Of a stretch of DNA of 47,868 nt, positions 1 to 10,553 are shown one piece after another. The notes below the pieces were generated by a model. It had not been told where the DNA came from and searched no databases. It was given only the letters and a program-made list of their open reading frames with translations. Position 1 is the stretch's first letter. Each line of letters begins with the position of its first letter. The translations under genes and the position numbers were made by a program. The stretch is taken from the NCBI GenBank assembly GCA_910592345.1, contig CAJVPI010000157.1, forward strand, positions 1-47,868, written 5' to 3'. The stretch is from Paraglomus brasilianum. Lineage: Eukaryota.

Positions 1-190
1 CCTGATTGTAATGTCTTTCACATATAGAGTAATTGTCTAAAGAGTCAAGCAATGAGGATAGTTCAGGAAGATACTTAGCCATTTTTGTTAGACTTCCTGC
101 TGCTGCACTAGCAGACACATGTCTCCATCTTTGATTCTCTTTAGTTTTCACATGGTGCTAACTGAATATTCTTCGAAAGAGAATCAAATA
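1..190 (-). pseudogene. Degenerate coding relic of unknown function, possibly transposon-derived; runs off the window edge
   Basis: The minus strand reads KTKENQRWRHVSASAAAGSLTKMAKYLPELSSLLDSLDNYSICERHYNQ, with a frameshift/stop near 150. No family can be firmly assigned. Confidence 0.25.
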
Positions 191-649
191 CACAGCCGTT
201 GTGTAACAAAGCGTAATTCTAAAACGTGAATTGAGAAGAAACTGCTTTTCAAAGTCGCGTGGATCCAGATGTATTCTGAAAGTATGTGCTTGTAAAAGTG
301 TATTTCAACTGTTAGCCTTGTCTATGAAATTCTCAGCATTTACACCAATCAGATTTCGAGATACGCATCTGAATATTCTAGAATTGATATGTATACCTGA
401 CTGAATTGTATATACTGTACATTTATTTCATAGCATAATTTATATTCTAATTCATTATATCGCCTAGTTTTATTTATCGCCTGATTTTATGATGACCTGA
501 TATGACCTAATTTCATTGCGTCGTCGCCTAACCAAATGAAGCAAAAGATCGACTTATCCCGCACAAATACCGCACAAGTATATGTATATATATAGAAATG
601 GCATGATTTTTTGTGTAATACGCACGGGGATATAACTGAGGTATCCTTC

Positions 650-1104
650 GTTATTTATATCCCAACATGAAATCTTGCCTCCGACATCATGGGAACGACT
701 CCGACCCATCGCTACCATAACACCAGACAACTCACAATGCCCATTAACATGTGCCATATTGCTAAGTCAATATGGGACACTGCCTATATGATCTATGCAG
801 ATGGCAACCCCCTCCACACATCCCTGACCCCTCACTCTCACAACACCAACTCTGATTATTACGCTCCCTGCAACCAGCAGGCCTTTACTTCAAGGGCTTT
901 TGGACATGAACCAACCTCCATTAACTCCATGCTAGGATCCATAGACATATAGATAGACCCACTAACCCCCATGGATCCCCTAACAGAATACAGTCACTCA
1001 TTAATATATCTAAGAATAGATATGTATGTAGATAGATAAACTGGGCTTTAGCGAGCACCTCGTTGTGAATAAAAATTCCTCGCGATAGTTATTTATATCC
1101 CAAC
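650..1104 (+). mobile_element. 5'-truncated non-LTR retrotransposon (L1/Tx1-like) 3' fragment with a 17-bp target-site duplication
   Basis: GTTATTTATATCCCAAC is repeated exactly at 650-666 and 1088-1104. The interior reads HEILPPTSWERLRP...SQCP, then in a shifted frame CHIAKSIWDTAY, resembling the zf-RVT C-terminal motif (LP..RL...CP...C..A..IW). AATAAA lies near 1068. Confidence 0.6.
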
Positions 1105-1393
1105 TTAGTTATATTCATGTAAGCAATGATCTGAGCCATTCAACATTCTATATGCATAGTCGAGAAAAGGCATTGATCTCGCGCTTGTTATTATTATATT
1201 AATATGTTGTCTAAATTAGACATGTGCCATCGTGACTAGCTGCTTTAATTACCGGAAATTAGGTGAATGGGTAACTACAGTATGTGTCAGTTTTAATTGG
1301 CCATGCATGATTGGTAGAAAAAATCGGGATTTCTAGACGGAACTGAAACCTTAACTTGCCACTTCTCTTATCCATCCCGAATATCTTTGATTA

Positions 1394-3413
1394 ATGATGT
1401 CAGCTAACGGGAATAATATTCCAGCATCAACCTCAATCGAAATTATATGGAAGGTTTTGGAAGAAGGAATAGACCAGATCATGAGTAAACTAGAGAAAGG
1501 GTTGAACTATAAAAAATATATGGAATTATATACGTATCCTTTTGCTAAAGGATTGGGTCAGAGGCGTGTCCTGTATCGGAATGTAATGGAAAAGCGTAGT
1601 AATCTACATTATAGAAATTGGATGGGAGAAAGTATGGCTGATTATTGGTATGCAAGGAATTCTAAAACATTTAGAGTGATTTGCTGTTTAATGATGTACC
1701 CACATCCGTCGAGTTCTTTTCTATCTTTGTTTTTCCTTCTTCAGAAATCCCGTTTGCTCCTTAACTGTCGTTTATTATTTGACAATCAGTGGAATCTATA
1801 ATTACTGCGGTGATGCTCTAGGTAAGCGAGTGGATGTTGACTACTTACCAATAAATGGAAACGTGCTTATTCCTTGGAATCTACATGTCTGTCTTCTGTG
1901 TCTTTATCTAGGTGCAAGATCAAAGGGAGGCGACCTATATAATCGTCTGCAGGATTATCTTGAAAGATACCTTGATAAAATCAGAAAGGTCAGTTATTAA
2001 TTGATCAGCTTATCTACTTACTGCTTACGGTTTATATAATTATAACGACTGTGGACATTCGTATATAGGACTCGGAACAACTCGCGGACGAGAATTTATT
2101 ACAATATTATGCAAAACAGTGGGAGAAATATACGGCTGCATCGACTTATCTAAACCATGTATTCAGATTTCTTAACCGTCATTGGGTGAGACACAAAGTC
2201 GATGAGGGAGACAAAAATATATATGATGTCTACACGGTAACTGTCAACGGAGCTTTTTCGCTTACCAGATTATATATTAATATCGTTTCCTTATTTGCTG
2301 GTAACTAATCTGTCTATACCATATTATATTACCGTATTTAAGCTTGCTCTTATCAGCTGGCGCGAAAACGTATTCAACCATGTTCAGCATCAGGTGACAG
2401 CAGCCGTGTTAAAGTTGATCGAGAAAGAGAGGAACGGAGAGATGGTTGATGTTGGGTTAATAAAATCTGTTGTAGGTTCATACGGTAAGACGGCTAAACT
2501 AGAGAGATTTTGGCCAGTATGGGTTTGTTTATGACAAAGATCGGTAAGATAAGTCAACTGATATCAAATCGAACATTACCTAAATAACAAATATTTTAAT
2601 AGTTTCTCTTGGACTCGAAGATAGTGACTCATCGCTTGAAGTATACAAAACACACTTTGAATTGCCATTTATTGAGGCCAGCCAAGCATACTATAGGGCA
2701 GAATCAGGGAAATTACTCGAGAAGCATAATATCACAGATTATATGAAAAAGGTTGAGGCAATATTATCTGGAGAGCAAGGCCGTGTTGTGTCATACTTGA
2801 ATCCAAATACCGAAAAACCGGTACGTTAACATTATATCTATAATAAGTTTCTTGTAGTATATTCAGCATGCCTATCACCTTTTGTAGCATCTTAGCGCTT
2901 GCGAAGCTATACTCGTTAAAGAACACATGAACATTATGTGGACGGAATTTCAGGATTTACTCGACATGAATAAACTCGATGGTAATTCTTTTTTAATTAT
3001 TGTTAACAATATAAATAAACAATATTCTAATTTCCATCATTCTGTAGATTTGGGAATAATGTATTCTCTTCTGTCGCGCATTCCAGGAGGATTAAATCCA
3101 TTATGTACGCAATTTGAAGAATATATGCGAAAACAAATGGTAAATTTTCAATATCGCATTTGTATGTATCAACTAGGACTATAGTTAATCTTGTTCGCTA
3201 TTCAATATTCTAGCGGCCTGGAATGACCGTGACGGCCCTAATTCAAGTTTATGCAAAAAATTCCGACATAGTCCGGACAGCCTTTCATGGGGATGAAGAG
3301 TTTGTTGCTTCATTGGACAAGGTATATTATAAATCGCCCGTTGCTTGCATAACAAATTATATTCATTTATGCGATTTATATTAATCTAGGCGTGTCGTGA
3401 ATGCTGCATGTAA
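1394..3413 (+). CDS. CUL1: C-terminally truncated Cullin-1 paralogue (cullin-repeat N-terminal domain only, ~364 aa, 10 exons)
   Basis: Exons 1394-1533, 1790-1821, 1912-1988, 2069-2236, 2343-2484, 2603-2820, 2888-2981, 3048-3139, 3214-3321 and 3390-3413 splice in frame at GT-AG sites. Cul1 hallmarks: YMELYTGIYNYC, YAKQWEKY, VFRFLNRHWV, LIEKERNGE, YYRAES, DYMKKVE, FVASLDKACRE. The frame then ends CCM-TAA. Confidence 0.85.
1534..1789 (+). other. U12-type (minor spliceosome) GT-AG intron, cullin intron 1
   Basis: 5' splice site GTATCCTTT, branch-site consensus TCCTTAAC at 1758-1765, 3' AG at 1788-1789. Splicing restores the frame YT|GIYNYC. Confidence 0.85.
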
Positions 3414-4335
3414 TAAGAATGTAAGAATGAACAAGTTTTTATTTGCTGTGAGATATTTGGTGCCATAGGATAAGCCAAGTATCACATTGTCATGAACTCT
3501 TCAATCGCCTGAACAATCTAAAAATGATATTATTATTAACATATATTGAAAAGTTCGTCGTTGTTTTTTTTTTTATAATCAACCACTTTTTTGACCAACT
3601 CTTTATCGGATATATCCGCATATGTCAGGGTCCTTATTGATATATGCAAATTACAAGACATTCTTGATTTTTTATAGTATTAATAATAATAACTATTATG
3701 ATAATAATCAATTAACAAGGTTAATGACATCAATTTATTGTCAACGTTAGTAGTTTCATTTTACGAACAACAAACATTAAAGTTTTGCCAATAATAGGGA
3801 ATATCCATTATTGTGTTGACAATTAAACGGTCGACAGCTACCTCGATTTTTGTTTTGGTTTTCAATTGCACACTTCAAAACGACCGTTTAATAGAAAATC
3901 ATGATGTCAGAGGGCGATCAAAAGTTTTTTGAAATCACAAGTGAATGCATAAATTATTATATAAAAAGGATGATCTGCATTTTGTTTACATAAAAGCCTC
4001 ACAGGCAAAGAAATGTGTTAAGGGGATTCCCAAAGCACATGATTGAGAATTTAGTTGACAGTATACCAAAGGAGGCCCTACAAAATATTAGTCATTTAGT
4101 ACAAAATGTAGAGCTTAATGAGCTTAAAATAAAACATTATGATCAACCTTTATGTTTATGTTTTGAAATTTATACTTTTATGTTGAGTAAAAGGCGTTCA
4201 GAAACTTTCCAACCATTGATTCCGATGCCTCTCTCAAACCATTCCCTGAATCTGTCAATTCGAAAATATGTCAGCCTTATTATTATGGCAAACCTGTAGC
4301 ACAAGCCATTCATTTGCAACATACCACTAGCTACC

Positions 4336-4452
4336 CTCGTGTGTTCTTCTCACTCTTCTTGGCTGCCGTTGTTGATTCTTCATGCTGTCGGTATACTCGT
4401 GGTTCTTCACTCTTCTTGGCTACCGTTGTTGATTCTTTATGCTGTCGGTATA
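4336..4452. repeat. Tandem duplication of a 57-60 bp unit within a degenerate minus-strand reading frame
   Basis: 4336-4395 and 4396-4452 are near-identical (CTCGTG..TTCTT..CACTCTTCTTGGCTRCCGTTGTTGATTCTTYATGCTGTCGGTATA). The minus strand reads YRQH(K/E)ESTT(V/A)AKKSE twice. Confidence 0.85.
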
Positions 4453-4840
4453 ATAAAATCGTTAAAAAATTAAACTCAGGTAATGGACCATCCTGCATTA
4501 ATTGCGTCAGTTTGTTTTGATAATCTAATATTTCAGAACTGGCATTTTTGAGGGTGGTGCGCGTGTGACGTGTACAAATTCAGAGAATTTAGAATAAAGG
4601 AATTATCTGGCATCACTTATATAACAAACAATTTCAGCGTGATAGAAAACAATCTTGCTTACAAGCGTTCGATTTTGTTGCATTTTCGAATGAATAATGG
4701 ACAAATCTGTTCTGCGTAATTTTCTATATTTTTGCCTACGACTACAGAGCATACGTAGATTAATATAATATAAATCACTTCACTTAATAACGATATCTCT
4801 TACGTTTTTGATTTCCTTCACTCAAGTATTAAAGGTAACA

Positions 4841-4882
4841 TAGAAATAAATAGAAATAAATAGAAATAAATAGAATAAATAG
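4841..4882. repeat. Minisatellite (TAGAAATAAA) x ~4
   Basis: Three perfect copies and one copy with a 1-nt deletion. Confidence 0.9.
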
Positions 4883-4928
4883 GTTAGCCATACTATATCA
4901 TGAGAATATGTAATGAAATTTCACACAA

Positions 4929-5209
4929 ATTAGGAACGTGAAGCTTCTTCATGATTTAGGAACGTAAACAGAAAGAGAAAACTTCCGGGTTTTCAATTCA
5001 ACACCAAATAATTGGTGGAAGCGGAACCCCTAAGCATGTTCGCATATGAGCAAAACGAAACTTCGACACTGATTTAGGAACGCGCTCATAAAGGCGACTT
5101 CCAGGGTTTCAATTCGACACCCGAGTAACCGGGAGGAAGTAGAACCCCTATGGTTTTTGCCCCATATAAATAAGTAAATTAGATGAACAAGTGTCACGTT
5201 ATTCCTAAT
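4929..5209. mobile_element. MITE-like unit with imperfect terminal inverted repeats and an internal ~80-bp diverged direct duplication (alternatively a structured ncRNA)
   Basis: ATTAGGAACGTGAAGCTTCTTCAT (4929-4952) versus the reverse complement of 5183-5209, ATTAGGAATAACGTGACACTTGTTCAT. Internal copies lie at ~4952-5032 and ~5070-5150. No TSD identified. Confidence 0.45.
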
Positions 5210-5288
5210 AAAGGCTAGTCCTAATCGAAAAAAAAATCATTTACATCTAAATACATTCGTAGCAGCGCTTTCTCTTGGTTTATTCGAA

Positions 5289-6468
5289 ATGTCTACTTTA
5301 CGTAATGCCGTACATAGGCGTGATCACAAAGAACGCGCACAACCTCTCGCTAGGGAGAAACGTGGTTTACTTGAGAAGCACAAAGACTACGTTCTTCGTG
5401 CTAAAGACTATAATTTTAAACAAAAGAGATTAAAGTCTTTAAAGGAAAAAGCGTTCTTTAGGAATCCCGATGAATTCTATTTCAAAATGATAAACACAAA
5501 GACAAAGGTTATAAATGTAGTGTTTGTGTATATGATTAAGTATACTCCTTTACTGATCTCGTTCTCTTCGTTTAATGGGTGGTTAGGGAGGTGTACATAT
5601 AGCTCAGAGAAATGACGCATATTCTGGTGAAGATATTAAACTGTTAAAATCACAAGATTTAAATTATATAAAGACTCAAAGAGATATTGGGAATAAGGTC
5701 AGACATGAATATATCGATTATGTTTATCTTTAAAGCGGTTCTCTGATATGAAATATTTGACATTGGGATAGAAAGTCGACAGGCTTCTAAATGACATGAT
5801 ACTATTGGACAATGACGATGAAATGATTACCGCAGACAATGAAGACGCGGAAACAAGTGTAAAACCAAAGCATATAATATTTGTAAATAGTAAAGAAGAA
5901 GGTATGCAAGTCTTTTTGACAATTTGATTGTAAGCGGACTTTATTAAACTGATTAACGCATCTGATGCGTTTTTCCTTCTTTCAAATTAAACGCACAGCT
6001 GCTAACTTTGACCCGGTGAAGCACTTTGACACGCTTCCTGAATTAATCAATCAAAAGTCCAATAGGCCCCGTGTAGAAACACTGGAACAGGAAAGAGCAA
6101 TAGCACCAGAAGACGACATGGTTATAAAAGTAAATCACAATTGTACCATTTACACTGTTGAGATTTTCTCTTTCCGTTTGATACTGACAAACATATTTTA
6201 TTCGTGAATTAGGAACTTAGGAAGGAACGTCTCGAGAGATATAAAGAGTTACTGTCTCGAATTGAGCGTGATAAGAAGATGAGTAAATTGGAGCGAGAGC
6301 TAGTTATTCAGAAAGCATTAATGGTAAGTATGCAATGGTATATCGTGAGATACTTAAGATAATGACATGATGAATATTCACTAATAGGGTAAAGGAAGAC
6401 GTGTCAAGATTGGTGAAGATGCCAATGGGTTGCCTATATACAAGTGGAAGTATGATAGGAAGAAATGA
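5289..6468 (+). CDS. UTP11: U3 snoRNP/SSU processome protein Utp11 (6 exons)
   Basis: Starts [41 protein letters not shown]...[10 protein letters not shown]. Later exons give [14 protein letters not shown] and ...MGKGRRVKI...[12 protein letters not shown] (6466-6468). Confidence 0.95.
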
Positions 6469-7104
6469 CGTAAAGGATAAAGTTCTGTTGTGGGATCGTG
6501 ATATTTAATTTGGGTATAAAGCATATACTCCACTGCTGTTCTTTGGCATTAGAGATAACGCCATAATCATAGAGCGCTCGCATATCCCAATGAGCTTTTC
6601 GGCATGCCTCATGTAATGTGCCATATGCTAGTTCTATTCGATTTGATGTTGAATGTCGTTTCGATGGAATTTATAGAGTTCATTACCAGGAATCCAACAC
6701 TGGTATCAATAGGAGGGTGCTGGTAGTTTAAAGTATTTTTTTTGTAGAATTGAACACATGATCGCAATTAAATAATAATAGAGAATATGAATACACCTAA
6801 ATCTTGGACAGTATCTTGTTACTGACATTTCAAGAATAAACAGATTATGTTACTGAAGCAAACAAGCATCAGTGTACGTCAAGGTCGATACAGCTGCCAG
6901 TAATTCTTTTACATAGCTTTACAGATTTCCATTCATACGCGCTTGAGATTCACGTAATGAAACTGCTCAGTATTTCTTTAGTAATGTAAATATAATTGTA
7001 AGCATAATTCGTTCTACATTTAGTCAGGTGACTTGATCGGCTTTTCCGCAAAAAAAAAAAATAAATTTACTTTTTATTTTCCAGTTTTGCATTTATTATC
7101 AAGA

Positions 7105-8774
7105 ATGAGTGGCAGCCTAATAAAATATTCTGGACATAATTACTTTCGTCAACGGCTTATTCTTTCCTTGTTGAGTGGGAAAACCGTTAAAATAGACAAG
7201 ATTCGTTCAGATGATGATAATCCTGGTTTAAGAGGTTGATGATTTATTGTGTTTTAAGTTGCGTTATAATTTACGCTGCTAACGAGAGTGTATGTGACAG
7301 ATTATGAAGTAAGTTTTCTGCGATTGCTAGAAAAGGTGACTAACGGATCGATCATTGAAATAAGTTATACAGGTGAGCGTCCCAACTATGATTGCAGAAT
7401 GGATTGCCTTGTCAGTCTCTACATGACTTTTTTTTTAAATAATTATAGCATTCGTTCACCTTCTTTAAATCGTAGGAACGAGTGTCTTGTATAAACCTGG
7501 AATAATCACTGGTGGAAAAGTATTTCATGAATGTCATATCACTCGCGGAATTGGCTACTACTTAGAACCGATGATTGCATTGGCTCCGTTTTCCAAAAAT
7601 CCATTTAACGTGACGCTAACTGGAATAACCAACGAGAATACTGATGTTTCGGCATGTATTTGTATATGTTTGTCATCTCTGTACTTAATGAGCGGAAATA
7701 CATTCTCACACACGCATACTCAAGGTTGATTTGATAAGAACGGTTATACTGCTGCAACTGAAAAGATTTGGAATCGAAGAAGGATTAGAATTGAAAGTAC
7801 GTTTAATATTTCCAGATAGCATTTATTAAGCATCCAGTTTTACTTATGAATAACTCGCTATTCAATAGATTTCAAAGAGAGGGTCTCCTCCACTTGGCGG
7901 TGGCGAGGTTAATTTTCAATGTCCAATAGTGCGATCTCTGAAGCCATTGCAATTTATTGACGAAGGACGAATAAAACGTATTCGTGGTATTGCGTAGAGT
8001 ATCTATCTATATGCCATCATTTTGTTCGTGCAATCAAGAATCAAAGATGTAATACTAATTGGATCTCTCCACTCATGTCTTTATGCAGATGTTCGACAAG
8101 AGTCTCTCCGCAGAACGCCAATAGATTAGTTGAATCTGCAAGATCAGTCTTAAATAGATATATACCGGATGTGTATATATATACTGATGTATATAAAGGG
8201 GAAGAATCCGGAAAGTAAGCTTGATGCGATGGTAAATCTAGTCTAGTTTGTCTAGTTTGTGCCAAGCAATCAGAGATAACGCCGATATCTCTATGCATAG
8301 ATCTCCTGGTTTTGCACTATCTCTAGTTGCGGAATCAACAACAGGAGCACTTGTGTCCTCTGAAACTGCAGCTAACCCAGGAGATACGCCTGAAGATATC
8401 GGGAAGCGTACAGCCCAGTTACTGCTTTCCGAAATACGGAAAGGCGGTTGTGTTGATTCCGTTAGTCAATGGTTGGTCTTGTTACTAATGGTTCTTGGAC
8501 CAGAAGATGTCTCAAAAGTGAAGATTGGCAAATTGAGCGCATTCTCGTAAGTGTCGATTTTTGTGCAATAAAAGTTTGTTGTGATTTGTAATTGTACTTA
8601 AGTGATTTATATTTCTGTTATTATTGTTGCCTATCGACATATAGGATACAATATCTCCGAGACATTAAGGATTTTTTTGGTGTAACATTCAGGATAAAAC
8701 AGGAAGAGTCAGAAACTATTTTCTTGACTTGTGTTGGTGTTGGCTACATCAATTACAGCAAGAAAGTAACTTAG
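7105..8774 (+). CDS. RCL1: RNA 3'-terminal phosphate cyclase-like protein Rcl1 (18S rRNA processing), multi-exon
   Basis: FRQRLILSLLSGKTVKIDKIRSDDDNPGLRDYEVSFLRLLEKVTNGS, RGIGYYLEP, KRGSPPLGGGEV, STRVSPQ, SPGFALSLVAESTTG, LTCVGVGYINYSKKVT*. Includes a GC-AG intron at 7652-7724. Confidence 0.95.
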
Positions 8775-8894
8775 CCAATTTATTGTTCAATATAAAATAA
8801 AGTTAATTTCACTAATGCCAGTCCATCGATGATCACTATGGAGCTCGTCGAGTTGTTGGCTCGTCAATACACACGTGATTCTTACGAACACTTA

Positions 8895-9476
8895 TTACTC
8901 CTCAACAGTAGTTGTTTGAAGACCTACGAAATGGAAATTACCCGCAGACATATATTAATAAAGCAATAGCGTAGTGTAGATTCCATTTAAACCCCACAGA
9001 ATCTCTGAAATTCCTACTTTTAAATGTAGCGACATGAACAGCCGTAACATAAGTGTACAACTTCTCTTTAGCATCTTCTGCATCATTGCGTCGACGGGCC
9101 AATCTCAATCGTACTCGACGAGGAACATTTCTCACTCCTTGCTTCCAAACTTCTTTGTTTAATTGCGGATCAAGACGAATATCACTAGTTCCCATGTGTT
9201 TCTTGGCAAAAGCCCTGATGGCTTTAATGGCTTGCGGGGCCCGTTTTTTGAAACTCCTGCGAAATATTAGAGGAATAAAACGAAGAAAAACCAGCGTCTG
9301 GTCAGATACGAGCAGAGCAAATAGTGGCAATAATTGTTGGAAATATTGTGTATGTACCGTCCGTGAATGTATTTGTGTAAGTGAATGGTGTGATCTCTAG
9401 TGACTACATCATTCATCGCACTTCGTTTTCTCCTTTCCTCTTGTTTTTCCTGTTTTTCCTTTTTATCTTTTACCAT
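8895..9476 (-). CDS. RPL31: 60S ribosomal protein eL31 (3 coding exons)
   Basis: [17 protein letters not shown] / [58 protein letters not shown] / [12 protein letters not shown] (8895-8897). A probable 5'-UTR intron spans 9481-9612. Confidence 0.96.
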
Positions 9477-9612
9477 CGTTCTGGATTAAGAAAAGGACGA
9501 TATTTCATTAGAACGGCAAAGAATCGCCTTTTGCGTTTTATGTTTTGTCTTGTAATCGTGTCTGATGAGATTACTGCATTCGTATATTAGACATATTCAA
9601 ATGGATGCCTAC

Positions 9613-9891
9613 CGTTTTTTCCCTTTTAGAAGATGAAATTTCTGGATGTGAAGCCTTTAAATCACGCTACACACGTTTGACATTCAACAACCAACCAACG
9701 AACAGGGATTGACATTCAGGGTATTTTGTCCTCGTGACTCTAACCATTTAAATATCCCAGTTTCCCCTTCGTCGCGGTATCATCCAATCACGCATTCAAA
9801 CGCCTCACATTCAACACGACGTAGGTGCCGCCAATAAAGAACGCATCGACATTGACGTACACACGAGCTCTCCATACATACTAGGTCAAAA
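9613..9891. promoter_or_regulatory. Compact bidirectional promoter between divergent RPL31 and ASF1
   Basis: Head-to-head genes with ATGs ~415 bp apart. CCAAT boxes at 9784-9788 and 9831-9835, and repeated ACATTCAA motifs. Confidence 0.5.
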
Positions 9892-10553
9892 ATGTCTCTT
9901 GTTAATATAACAGACATCAAAGTTCTTGATAACCCTTCATTATTCGGCGCGGATTTTCGGTTTGAGATCACATTCGAACTCATTCAACCGTTAGAAGAAG
10001 GTTAGAACACGTTATGGGTGTGTGTGTATAGGAGCGAGGACGGCGGTTAGGATGGCCAGTTGTGATTATTCCGTTACGTGGTATAAAAGCTCACCTACTT
10101 TTGATCTTGTTTGTTTAGATCTCGAATGGAAGGTAATCTATGTGGGCTCACCTGAAAGCTCCGAGTACGATCAAGTCTTAGACAGTATTATGGTGGGTCC
10201 TATTCCACCGGGAACGAACAAGTTCTTATTTCAGGTATGCGTGATGTAGTGCTATACAGTAATTAGAATTATATCCTAGTCACACGTAATAATAACCATT
10301 TTTCTTTAATGAATAGGTGCCAGCTCCGGATTCATCCAAGATCCTTCCGGAAAATGTTTTAGATGTTACTGTAGTAATCATTACATGCTCGTATCGTGAT
10401 CAAGAATTTGTACGTGTAGGATACTACGTTAACAATGAATACCTTGATGAAGAGCTAAAAGAAAATCCTCCCGAGAGACCTATAATTGAGAAGCTCTATA
10501 GAAACATCCTTGCTGACAAGCCAAGGGTTACAAGAAAGCCTATTAAATGGTGA
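9892..10553 (+). CDS. ASF1: Histone H3/H4 chaperone Asf1 (core domain ~153 aa; 3' end uncertain)
   Basis: [22 protein letters not shown] / [32 protein letters not shown] / [13 protein letters not shown]...[17 protein letters not shown]. It ends at TGA 10551-10553 unless GTGAGT at 10550 is a donor to an unidentified last exon. Confidence 0.92.

Noticed and set aside
3822..3892. 12-bp inverted repeat ATTAAACGGTCG / CGACCGTTTAAT
   Set aside because: No TSD or other support; at most an old TE scar.
4015..4299. 94-aa ORF as a possible continuation of the cullin
   Set aside because: No cullin C-terminal motifs, non-ATG start and no convincing splice link.
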